Source: Solirubrobacteraceae bacterium (lineage in GTDB: Bacteria > Actinomycetota > Thermoleophilia > Solirubrobacterales > Solirubrobacteraceae). Taken from it: a DNA stretch of 64,000 nucleotides. Position 1 is the first letter of the stretch. Every line of letters begins with the position of its first letter. Location: assembly GCA_035552615.1 (NCBI GenBank), contig DASZLC010000119.1, forward strand, positions 24,046 to 88,045, in the 5' to 3' direction. A program made the translations under genes and the position numbers. Positions 40,301 to 47,704 of this stretch are shown piece after piece. The notes beneath the pieces are model-generated. The model searched no databases. It had not been told where the DNA came from and saw nothing but the letters and a program-made list of their open reading frames with translations.

Positions 40301-41770
40301 GGCGCCGGGGCGCGGTCGAATCGTGCCGCCCACGCGGTCCCAGATGATCCGCGGGCGCAGCTCGGCGAACTCCGACGACGGGTAGCGGCCGTCGAGCATG
40401 TCGAGCACGTTCTCGAAGCTCTTCTGGGTCAGCTCGGCGTAGGAGTAGGTGTTCGTGATCAGCGCGAACAGCTGATCGACCGGCACGGGCGCGTCGTCGC
40501 CCGCCGCGGCCGCGATCGCGACGATCTGCTGGGCGAGGACGTCGAGCGCGTTGCGCGGCACGACCGTCGTCTCGATCTGCGCCGCGCGCATCCGCTTGGC
40601 CACGACAGCGCACTCCAACAGGTCGCCGCGGAACTTCGGGAAGATCCGCCCGGTGCTGACGTCGCCGACCGAGTGGCCGGCGCGGCCGATCCGCTGCAGG
40701 CCCCGGGCCACCGACTTCGGCGACTCGACCTGGATGACGAGGTCGACCGCGCCCATGTCGATCCCCAGCTCCAGGCTCGAGGTCGCCACCAGGCACGGCA
40801 GCTCGCCGGCCTTCAGCAGCTCCTCCACCACCGTGCGCTCCTCGCGGGCGAGGCTGCCGTGGTGGGCGCGGGCGATCTCGTTCTCGGCGAGGTCGTTGAG
40901 GCGCAGGGCCAGCCGCTCGGCGCCGCGGCGGTTGTTCACGAAGAGAATCGTGGAGCGGTGCTGCTTGATCAACTCCAGCAGCTCGGGGTAGATCGCCGGC
41001 CAGATCGACTTCCGGGTGGCCTCGCTCCCGCCGGCCAGGGGATCCAGCGCCGGCGCGGGCGTGTCGTCGGGCTCGACCATCGAGTCGACGGGCACGTGGA
41101 TCTTCAGGTCGAGCTGCTTGCGCACGCCGGTGTCGACGATCCGGCACTGGCGGTGTGGCCCGACCATGTAACGCCCGACCTCCTCCAGCGGGTTCTGGGT
41201 GGCCGAGAGCCCGATCCGCTGGACGGGCTGACCGGCGGCGTGCTCCAACCGCTCCAGCGTCAGCGCCAGGTGCGCGCCGCGCTTGGTGGCGGCGACCGCG
41301 TGGATCTCGTCGACGATGCACCACCGCGTCCCGGTGAACAGCTCCTGGGCGCGGCCGGTCAGCATCAGGTACAGCGACTCCGGCGTGGTGATGAGGATGT
41401 CGGGCGGTGTCTTCAACATCGCCTGGCGCTCCTTCTGTGGCGTGTCGCCGGTGCGCACGGCGACCGTCAGCTCTGCGCCGATGCCGCGCAGGGGAGCGCG
41501 CAGGTTGCGGTCGATGTCGTAGGAGAGCGCCTTCAGCGGCGACACGTAGACGAGGCTGATCTTCCGCTCCTCGTCGCGCCGCTCGCCGGCCAGCCGGTCG
41601 ATCGCCCACAGAAACGCGGCGAGCGTCTTGCCCGATCCCGTCGGCGCGCTGATCAGGACGTGCTCGCCGGAGGCAATCGCCGGCCACGCCTGCTCCTGCG
41701 CGGCGGTCGGCTCCGCGAACGCCCCGAGGAACCAGTCGCGCGTGATCTGACTGAACGCTGACAGGGGCAT
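37385..41770 (-). CDS. lhr: Lhr-like SF2 helicase with C-terminal extension
   Basis: APTGSGKT, SPLKAL, TTPESL, DEIH, GLSAT, HHGSL, ATSSLELGID, QRIGRAGH, LWQQR, RRGYFVEGLGGAQF. Confidence 0.95.
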   Translation of the reverse strand: MPLSAFSQITRDWFLGAFAEPTAAQEQAWPAIASGEHVLISAPTGSGKTLAAFLWAIDRLAGERRDEERKISLVYVSPLKALSYDIDRNLRAPLRGIGAELTVAVRTGDTPQKERQAMLKTPPDILITTPESLYLMLTGRAQELFTGTRWCIVDEIHAVAATKRGAHLALTLERLEHAAGQPVQRIGLSATQNPLEEVGRYMVGPHRQCRIVDTGVRKQLDLKIHVPVDSMVEPDDTPAPALDPLAGGSEATRKSIWPAIYPELLELIKQHRSTILFVNNRRGAERLALRLNDLAENEIARAHHGSLAREERTVVEELLKAGELPCLVATSSLELGIDMGAVDLVIQVESPKSVARGLQRIGRAGHSVGDVSTGRIFPKFRGDLLECAVVAKRMRAAQIETTVVPRNALDVLAQQIVAIAAAAGDDAPVPVDQLFALITNTYSYAELTQKSFENVLDMLDGRYPSSEFAELRPRIIWDRVGGTIRPRPGARQLAVTNAGTIPDRGLYAVTLPDGRRVGELDEEMVYEARPGQTFLLGASTWRIEEIGRDRVIVTPAPGLPGAVPFWKGDSMGRPRELGEAIGAFSRWAVDQTPERLQADYDLDEKAAKNLLAYLTEQQAATRVIPSDTTIVIERFRDEIGDWRLCVLSPFGGRVHAAWGLALSAKIRDELGLESDAIWSDDGIIVHLPDAEEPPGADIVLIDPDELEDRVVAELGASALFGARFRENAARALLIPRARPGKRTPLWQQRLKSQTLLEVAKKYGEFPIILETYRECLRDVLDLPGLTELLTKLHRRELSLVEVETATASPFASSLLFDYVATYMYEGDTPNAERRAAALSLDRDLLRELLGQDELRDLIDPGALEQVENDLQFLTEHRQATGKDTLHDILRVLGDLTDAEAAGRVLPGLDAAAMLEALRAERRALRVRVNSEERWIDAADAGLYRDALGVVPPGGLPAAFLEDVTGGLTKLARRYATTHGPFTSTEIRARYGVDMSASLAVLERDGELVRGELRPGGSDREWCHPDVLRRLRRASLAVLRQEIEPVDAQALARFLPGWQNVDRHPAGGAGIDRLREALVPLQGLPLPPEVWERDVLPRRVGAYSPSWIDQLCASGELVWVGAGALGRNSGRVALYFRDDAAALGAPPARSAIDTTSDAHAAVRARLAVGACFFTDLLVDVALAPEQMQEALWDLVWAGEITNDAFAPLRAPRLTLTRAQRAAGNRPRAGRFAARGRRGGAAPQVQGRWSLTTSLFAAADADPSARRRAIAELLLERYGVLTREQVLAEGIAGGFASIYSELTQLETLGIARRGYFVEGLGGAQFALPGAVERLRSAPGLDEPGLVLSAVDPAQPYGGVLPWPTRIEGQRTPARSAGAYVVLVAGEPIIYLERGGKGLLTLVARDDERLHRALGALAAEVTRGRIKRVALEKIDGEPAMGSSLAPLLTAVGFQEGPRRMTLSA

Positions 41771-41799
41771 GTGCCTGAGCGTAGCGGCGGCCGAAGCGA

Positions 41800-42435
41800 C
41801 TACTCAGGGTTCATGAAGGCCACCGCCGTCGACAGCCCGGCGGCGGTGCGCAGCGTGGCGATCCGGCGACCCGGCTGCACGGCGTCCTTCGGCGTCGAGA
41901 GCAGCTCGGGGCCGAGCCGCGCGGCCAGCGCGTCGATGTCCGAGACGATCAGCGTGAGCCCCCAGAAGCGCGCGGTTCCGGCCGGCAGCCGGCGTCCCTC
42001 GACGAGCTCGGCGATCGCCGGGCCGAGGCGCCGGAAGCCCTGCCGGAACGCGTCGGGGCCCGAGCCGACGGTGCGCTCGCGCCGGAGCGGCATCCCGGCG
42101 GCGGCGAACGCGGCCGCGGTCCGGTCAAAGTCGGGCGTCAGCACGACCACGTGGTCGACGCCGATCGCGCCGTTGGGTTGGGCGGGCGCTGTCGCGCTGA
42201 CGGGTGGCGGCGCGGCCGTCGTCGGCAGGCCGTCGAGCTGGCCGGGATCGCCGGCGAGGCCCGACAGCGACCACGACACGATGCCCGTTCCGGCCACGCC
42301 GAGCGTGATTCGCACACCGCCGAGGGTCAGCGCGTCCGCTTCGACGGCGAACCCGAGCGCGGCCCATGCGTCGACCGGGTCAGCGACCGAGAGCGCCGCC
42401 AGTTGCGGGCGGGCCTCGGTGACGAGCACCTTCAC
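41800..42435 (-). CDS. Glyoxalase/VOC-like protein
   Basis: W.ALGF, PNGAIGVDHVVVLTPD, PKDAVQPGRRIAT; start set at GTG 42435 after TACGAT. Confidence 0.7.
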   Translation of the reverse strand: MKVLVTEARPQLAALSVADPVDAWAALGFAVEADALTLGGVRITLGVAGTGIVSWSLSGLAGDPGQLDGLPTTAAPPPVSATAPAQPNGAIGVDHVVVLTPDFDRTAAAFAAAGMPLRRERTVGSGPDAFRQGFRRLGPAIAELVEGRRLPAGTARFWGLTLIVSDIDALAARLGPELLSTPKDAVQPGRRIATLRTAAGLSTAVAFMNPE

Positions 42436-42484
42436 GACGGCGATCGTAATGCGCCGGAACCGACGATGCGCAAGGATTTGAGCC

Positions 42485-43111
42485 GTGTCCTCCGTCGCAG
42501 AGCGCTCGATCGCCGGCTTCCTCGCGTCGCTGGCCGCGCGCGAGCCCGCCCCCGGCGGTGGCGCGGCGGCGGCGCTGCACGCCGCGCAGGGGGCCGCACT
42601 CGTGGCCATGGTGGCGCGCTACAGCGACCGCGCCGAAGAGGAGCAGGCCCGCACGCTGGCCGCCCGGATCGCCGGCGACGCCGACGCCGTGATGGCCCGC
42701 GCCACCGAGCTGATCGGGGAGGACATGGACGCGTTCGCCGCCGTCGTCCGCTCCTACGGGCTGCCGAAGTCCGATGAGGCCGAGAAAGCGGCGCGGCGCG
42801 AGGCGATCGCCGCGGCGTCGATCGGCGCCGCCGCCCCGCCCGCGGGCGTGATCGAGGCGGCCGGGCAGGTCGTGGCGCTGGCCCAGGAGCTCTATCCCGT
42901 AGCCAACCGCAACGTGATCACCGACATCGCCGCCGCCGCCGACGCGGCCCGCGCCGCCGCCTCGACGGCGCGCATCAACGTCGAGATCAACCTTGGTGGG
43001 ATCGCCGACGCCTCCGCCAAGGCGGCGTTTCAGCAGACGCTGGACAGCGTCGACGGGATCCTCACCGCGGCCGACGAGCTGAGCGCCACCGTCCGCCGCG
43101 GGCTGTCGTGA
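42485..43111 (+). CDS. fchA: Cyclodeaminase/cyclohydrolase family (FTCD_C, FchA-like)
   Basis: FL..LA...PAPGGGAAAA, D..AF, NRNVITD, INVEINL; coupled to folD. Confidence 0.85.
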   Translation: MSSVAERSIAGFLASLAAREPAPGGGAAAALHAAQGAALVAMVARYSDRAEEEQARTLAARIAGDADAVMARATELIGEDMDAFAAVVRSYGLPKSDEAEKAARREAIAAASIGAAAPPAGVIEAAGQVVALAQELYPVANRNVITDIAAAADAARAAASTARINVEINLGGIADASAKAAFQQTLDSVDGILTAADELSATVRRGLS

Positions 43112-43956
43112 CCGAGCTGACCGGCAAGCCGCTGTCGGAGGCGATCCGGGCCGACGTTGCCGCGCGGGCGGCGCTCACGCCATCCACGCTGGCGATCATC
43201 AGCGCCTCCGAGGACGAGTCAAGCGCCTGGTACGTGCGCTCGCTGGCCCGCGCCGCCGAGAAGGTCGGCGTCGGCTGCGCGATCGACGAGCTCGCCCCGT
43301 CGGCCGACGAGGCGACGATCGCCGCCGCGGTGCGCGCTCGCTCCGCAGACCCGGAGGTGTCGGGGATCATCCTGCAGACACCGTTGCCGCCCGGAGTCGA
43401 CCAGGGCCGCCTGGTCGCCGAGATCGACCCGCGCAAGGACGTCGACGGCGCGAACCCGCTGTCGATCGGTCGCCTTGCCGCCAAGCAGCCGGCGTTCGCC
43501 CCCGCCACCGCGGCCGCGGTCGTGCGGCTGCTCGACGAGCACCGCGTGGTGATGGAGGGCGCGAACGCCGTCGTGCTCGGGCGCTCGCTCGTCGTCGGGC
43601 TGCCCGCCGGGCTGCTGCTGCTGCACCGCAACGCGACGGTCACCACCTGCCACTCGCGCACGCACGACCTGCCGGCGCGAACCCGCGGCGCCGACATCCT
43701 GGTGGTGGCGATCGGCCGCGCGCACATGGTCACTCCCGAGTACGTGACCGAGAACACGGTCGTCGTTGACGTCGGCACGAACGTCGACGAGGAGGGCAAC
43801 CTCGTCGGCGATGTCGATCCGTCGGTCGTTTCGGTGGCTCGCGCGCTGTCGCCCGTGCCGGGCGGCGTCGGCCCGGTGACCACGGCGCTGCTCCTGGAGC
43901 ACACGGTCACGGCGGCCGAGTCGCTCGCCGCCGTCACGCCGCGAAGCCGGAGATAG
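43108..43956 (+). CDS. folD: Methylene-THF dehydrogenase/cyclohydrolase family
   Basis: GIILQTPLP, KDVDG, PAT, VLGRSLVVG.P, VTTCHSRT, VDVG, PVPGGVGPVT. Confidence 0.93.
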   Translation: MTELTGKPLSEAIRADVAARAALTPSTLAIISASEDESSAWYVRSLARAAEKVGVGCAIDELAPSADEATIAAAVRARSADPEVSGIILQTPLPPGVDQGRLVAEIDPRKDVDGANPLSIGRLAAKQPAFAPATAAAVVRLLDEHRVVMEGANAVVLGRSLVVGLPAGLLLLHRNATVTTCHSRTHDLPARTRGADILVVAIGRAHMVTPEYVTENTVVVDVGTNVDEEGNLVGDVDPSVVSVARALSPVPGGVGPVTTALLLEHTVTAAESLAAVTPRSRR

Positions 43957-44758
43957 CCTCGGCCAGCACGTCGGGCTGGTCGATCATCGAGAACGTGCGC
44001 GCATGGTCGATCAGTTCGAATCGCGCGTCGGGCAGCACCTCGGCCAGACGCCGGCCGTCCTCGACGGGGAAGAAGGCGTCGTCGGCCGACCAGGCGACGA
44101 GCGCCGGCTTGGTGAACGAGGGGATCCGCTCCGCCGCGCCGAGCGTGTCGGCCCGGCTCAGCGAGGCGGTGAAGCGCCGCAGGTCCTCGGCGATCCGCTT
44201 GTCGCGCAGCGCCGGCTTCACCCACTCAGAGACGAGCGGCTCCAGGTCGGCGTGGGCCAGCGCGCCGAAGCCCCGCTTGCGCCCGAAGCGCGTTCCCATC
44301 GGCAACATCGCGGCCCGGAACGTGGTCAGCGTCCGCGCCGCCACGATGAACGGCTTCAGGATCGGCGGCGGGAAGTGCTCGAACGCGTCGCAGCTCGTCA
44401 ACACGAGCCCGCCGAGACGTTCGCCGTCGACACCCGCGACGATCTGCGCGATCGCCCCGCCCGTGTCGTTGCCGACGAGCACGACGTCGTCGAGCTCCAG
44501 GCGCTCGAGCAGCTCGCTGACCATCGCCGCCACCCCGGCCATTGTCAGCTCGGCCCCGGGATGCATCGCCTCGGGGTGGGCGCCGAGCGGCCACGTCGGC
44601 GCGATACACCGCAGCCCACGCGCGGCGAGCCGCTCCGACAGCGGCCCCCACAGCGAGGCTCCCATCGAGTAGCCGTGCACGAACACGACCGGCCGCCCAT
44701 CGAGCGGCCCCGCGTTCTCATAATGAATGACTCCGGCGTCGAGCGTGACGGTGGGCAT
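43934..44758 (-). CDS. Alpha/beta hydrolase (Asp nucleophile, epoxide hydrolase-like)
   Basis: VVFVHG, LVGNDTGG, WSADD.FF; GGAGG RBS. Confidence 0.88.
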   Translation of the reverse strand: MPTVTLDAGVIHYENAGPLDGRPVVFVHGYSMGASLWGPLSERLAARGLRCIAPTWPLGAHPEAMHPGAELTMAGVAAMVSELLERLELDDVVLVGNDTGGAIAQIVAGVDGERLGGLVLTSCDAFEHFPPPILKPFIVAARTLTTFRAAMLPMGTRFGRKRGFGALAHADLEPLVSEWVKPALRDKRIAEDLRRFTASLSRADTLGAAERIPSFTKPALVAWSADDAFFPVEDGRRLAEVLPDARFELIDHARTFSMIDQPDVLAEAISGFAA

Positions 44759-44777
44759 GATGGCCTCCAGGTCGAAG

Positions 44778-44820
44778 TTACGTACAAGCTGCACGTAAGA
44801 TACCAACAACCTGCACGTAA
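44778..44820. promoter_or_regulatory. Candidate TetR operators
   Basis: TTACGT-N9-ACGTAA dyad and ACAA(G/C)CTGCACGTAA direct repeat with 22-nt period in the divergent gap. Confidence 0.65.
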
Positions 44821-45426
44821 ATGTCGCCGACTCAATCCGAACGTTCCGCCGCCACCCAAACGGCCCTGATCGCCGCCGCCCGCTCCCTCTGGGGCGCGCG
44901 CGGCTACGCCGAGGTCAGCACCCCCGAGATCGCCGAGGCGGCCGGGGTCACGCGCGGCGCCATGTACCACCAGTACGCCGACAAGGCGGCGCTGTTCAGG
45001 GCGGTGATCGAGGCCGTCGAGGGCGAGGTGATGGAGCGCCTGTCGACGATCGTGTTCGCCGCCGCGCCGGCCTCCCCGGCCGCCGCCCTGCGCATCGCCG
45101 CGAACGCCTGGGTCGACATCGCCGTCGAGCCCGAGATCCGGCAGCTGATCCTGCTCGACGGCCCGAACGTGCTCGGCTGGGCCGGCTTTCGCGAAGTCGC
45201 CCAGCGCTACGGCCTGGGCATGACCGAGCAGCTGCTCTCAGCCGCGATGGAGGCCGGCGAGCTGCGCGCCCAGCCGGTCCGCCCGTTCGCCGCGATCATG
45301 CTGGGCGCGATCGACGAGGCGGCGATGGTGATCGCCAACGCCGAGGATCCGATCGCCGCCCAGGCCGAGGTCAGGGTCGTGGTCGACGAACTGCTCGACG
45401 CGCTGCTCAGCCAACCACGCCCGTAA
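44821..45426 (+). CDS. TetR/AcrR family regulator
   Basis: LIAAARSL...GY......EIAEAAGVTRGAMYHQY.DK. Confidence 0.92.
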   Translation: MSPTQSERSAATQTALIAAARSLWGARGYAEVSTPEIAEAAGVTRGAMYHQYADKAALFRAVIEAVEGEVMERLSTIVFAAAPASPAAALRIAANAWVDIAVEPEIRQLILLDGPNVLGWAGFREVAQRYGLGMTEQLLSAAMEAGELRAQPVRPFAAIMLGAIDEAAMVIANAEDPIAAQAEVRVVVDELLDALLSQPRP

Positions 45427-46084
45427 GCGCCTTCGCGCGGGCGAAGACGGCGTCGAGCATCGGCTCCGTCAGCCGGCCGGTGAAGGTGTTCTGCTGGCTG
45501 ACGTGGTAGCTGCCGAGCAACGTGTAGACGCCGACGGCGACCTCGGCGCCGTGGCCGAAGCGGGGCTTCGGGCGCACCGGGCCGAGGACCCGCAGCGCCG
45601 AGTCCCAGGCGAACGCGCCGAGGCACACGATGACCCGAGCCCGCCCGAGCAGCGCCAGCTCGCGGGAGAAGTAGGGCAGGCAGGTGTCGCGCTCGATCGT
45701 GGTCGGACGGTTGGCGGGCGGGGCGCAGCGGACCGCCGCCGTGACCCAGCAGTCGCGCAGCGTCAGGCCGTCGTCGCGGGACACCGACTGCGGCTGGTTG
45801 GCCAGCCCGGCCCGCCACAGGGCGGCGAACAGCCAGTCGCCCGAGCGGTCGCCGGTGAAGATCCGCCCGGTGCGGTTGCCGCCATGGGCGGCAGGAGCCA
45901 GCCCGAGCACGACGATCTCCGCCGCGGGATCGCCGAAGCTCTGCACGGGACGTCCCCAGTACTGCTCGTCGGCGAACGACGCGCGCTTCTCCCGGGCGAC
46001 CTGCTCGCGCCACGCCACCAGCCGGGGGCAGCGCCGGCACGCGGCGATCTCGTCCTGAAGACGGGCCAGCTCCGGAGCGCTCAA
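45407..46084 (-). CDS. udgB: Uracil-DNA glycosylase family 5 (Fe-S)
   Basis: CRRCPRL, GLAPAAHGGNRTGR.FTGDRSG, VRCAPP.N.P, YHVSQQNT; TTG start overlaps the TetR stop. Confidence 0.92.
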   Translation of the reverse strand: MSAPELARLQDEIAACRRCPRLVAWREQVAREKRASFADEQYWGRPVQSFGDPAAEIVVLGLAPAAHGGNRTGRIFTGDRSGDWLFAALWRAGLANQPQSVSRDDGLTLRDCWVTAAVRCAPPANRPTTIERDTCLPYFSRELALLGRARVIVCLGAFAWDSALRVLGPVRPKPRFGHGAEVAVGVYTLLGSYHVSQQNTFTGRLTEPMLDAVFARAKALTGVVG

Positions 46085-46716
46085 GATGAGATGAGAATGC
46101 CCGTGATCAACCGGTCGATCACGGGCGCCAGCTCCATCGGGTCCGTCGGCTGGCCGAGCCGCACCTGGCGCGAGACAAGCTCGGTGATCGCCCCGACAAC
46201 GGCGAACGCGTCGTGGCGGGAGGCGAAGCGCCCGATCAGCTTGCGGGCGGCCGCGCGCTCGTTCTCGACGTCGAGCTGGTCGGCGAATGCCTGCATCACC
46301 TGATCGCGCCGCTGGGCGGCGCGGGGACCGGCGCCGATGATCTCGACCAGCAACGTCTGGGCGTAGTCGGGATGCTCGGACAGCGACTCCAGGAAGGCCC
46401 GCGTCCCGGCGCGCATCCGCTCGCCGGCATCGGCGCGCCCGCTGCCCCGGGCGGCGTCGGCCATGCCGGTCGCCACGACGGAGGCGGCGCGATCGAACAG
46501 CGCGATGATGCACTCCTCCTTGTTGGCGAAGTGCTCGTAGAAGGTCGCCTTTGACATGCCGGCGCGGCGGCTGATCGATTCCGAGCTCGCGCCGGTGTAG
46601 CCGCGCTCGGCGAACTCGGCCGCCGCCGCGCGAAACAGCCGCTCGCGCTGGAGCGGGAGTCTCACCTCCGGCGGGGGCGCGTGACGGCCCCGCGCTGCTG
46701 GCAGCTCTTCGGCCAT
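46081..46716 (-). CDS. TetR/AcrR family regulator
   Basis: QRERLFRAAAAEFAERGY.....ISRRAGMSKATFYEHFANKEEC. Confidence 0.9.
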   Translation of the reverse strand: MAEELPAARGRHAPPPEVRLPLQRERLFRAAAAEFAERGYTGASSESISRRAGMSKATFYEHFANKEECIIALFDRAASVVATGMADAARGSGRADAGERMRAGTRAFLESLSEHPDYAQTLLVEIIGAGPRAAQRRDQVMQAFADQLDVENERAAARKLIGRFASRHDAFAVVGAITELVSRQVRLGQPTDPMELAPVIDRLITGILISS

Positions 46717-46742
46717 GTTGATACCCGTCGAAGCCAACGATC

Positions 46743-47585
46743 CTACCCCCGACCGGCGATGAATTCGATCAGACCCAGCTCCCAATCGGGCAGGCGCGGC
46801 ACCGCCTCGCCGCGCTCGGAGGCGAGCACGCTGAAGGCCGGTCGCGCCGCGGGTCGCGGGAACTCCGCGGTCGTGCACGGCTTCACCTCGCACTCCACCC
46901 CGCCCCGCGCGACGATCTCGCGGGCGAACTGAAACCACGAGCACCGACCGCCGCCGGCGATATGCGCGACGCCGGGCACGCGACGGCTGGTGGCGAGCTT
47001 CACCAGCGCGGGGGCCAGGTGGCCGGTGAACGTCGGACAGCCGACCTGGTCGTCGACCACGCTCAGCTCGTCGCGCTCGGCGGCGAGGCGCAAGATTGTG
47101 GCCGGAAAGCACGGCCCGCCGAGCCCAAACAGCCATGCCGTCCGCACGACCGTGTGCGTCGCCGGGGCCAGCCCGGCCACGGCGCGCTCGCCCGCCAGCT
47201 TTGTCCGCCCGTACGCCGACCGCGGGCCGACCGGGTCGGACTCGAAGTACGGCGTGCTGTTGTCCCCGTCGAACACGTAATCGGTCGACACCTGGACCGT
47301 CCACGCGCCCGCCGCGGTGGCGGCGCGCGCCACGTGCCCCGCGCCCTCGCCGTTCACGGCCAGGGCCAGCGCCTCGTCGGCTTCGGCGCCGTCGACGTTC
47401 GTGTAGGCGGCGCAGTTGACGACAACCTCGGGACGCACCTCGAAGACGGCCCCGTCGACGTCCGCGGCGGCGGTGATGTCGAGCTCGGCGCGAGAGAGGG
47501 CCACCGTTTCGTGGCCGGCGGCCCGGGCAGCCGCCTCGACGTCGCGTCCCAGCATCCCCGCCGCGCCTGTGATCAGGATCCGCAC
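46743..47585 (-). CDS. rfbD: dTDP-4-dehydrorhamnose reductase
   Basis: ITGAAGMLG, NCAAYTNVD, STDYVFDG, YGRTKLAGE, VVDDQVGCPT, PAARP.FS.L. Confidence 0.95.
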   Translation of the reverse strand: MRILITGAAGMLGRDVEAAARAAGHETVALSRAELDITAAADVDGAVFEVRPEVVVNCAAYTNVDGAEADEALALAVNGEGAGHVARAATAAGAWTVQVSTDYVFDGDNSTPYFESDPVGPRSAYGRTKLAGERAVAGLAPATHTVVRTAWLFGLGGPCFPATILRLAAERDELSVVDDQVGCPTFTGHLAPALVKLATSRRVPGVAHIAGGGRCSWFQFAREIVARGGVECEVKPCTTAEFPRPAARPAFSVLASERGEAVPRLPDWELGLIEFIAGRG

Positions 47586-47704
47586 GCGGCCGGACTTTAG
47601 TCCCCGAGCGGCCGAGCGAGAGCGTCTTACTCCACCTGGCCAAAGCGCCTTGGCCAAGCGTCACTGGATTCCAAGGTGAGTGATGCGGTACACAGAGAGG
47701 AGCG

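Noticed and set aside
39392-41761. Very long antisense ORFs (789 aa opposite lhr; also 26371-27666 opposite groEL, 11310-12962, 14379-16142, 18326-20140, 47762-49267, 55534-57420, 62181-63971)
   Set aside because: They mirror real genes codon for codon. Strong GC3 bias removes antisense stops, and the translations have no recognisable motifs.
41771-41810. Possible PafBC (TGTCGG-N10-TANNNT) or LexA box upstream of lhr
   Set aside because: The closest match is AGTCGC-N12-TACGCT, with wrong sequence and spacing, and there is no TCGAAC-N4-GTTCGA. A lineage-specific motif cannot be excluded.
46717-46730. GGGTAT SigB-like box before the TetR gene
   Set aside because: It is only 4 nt from the ATG and has no matching -35 element.
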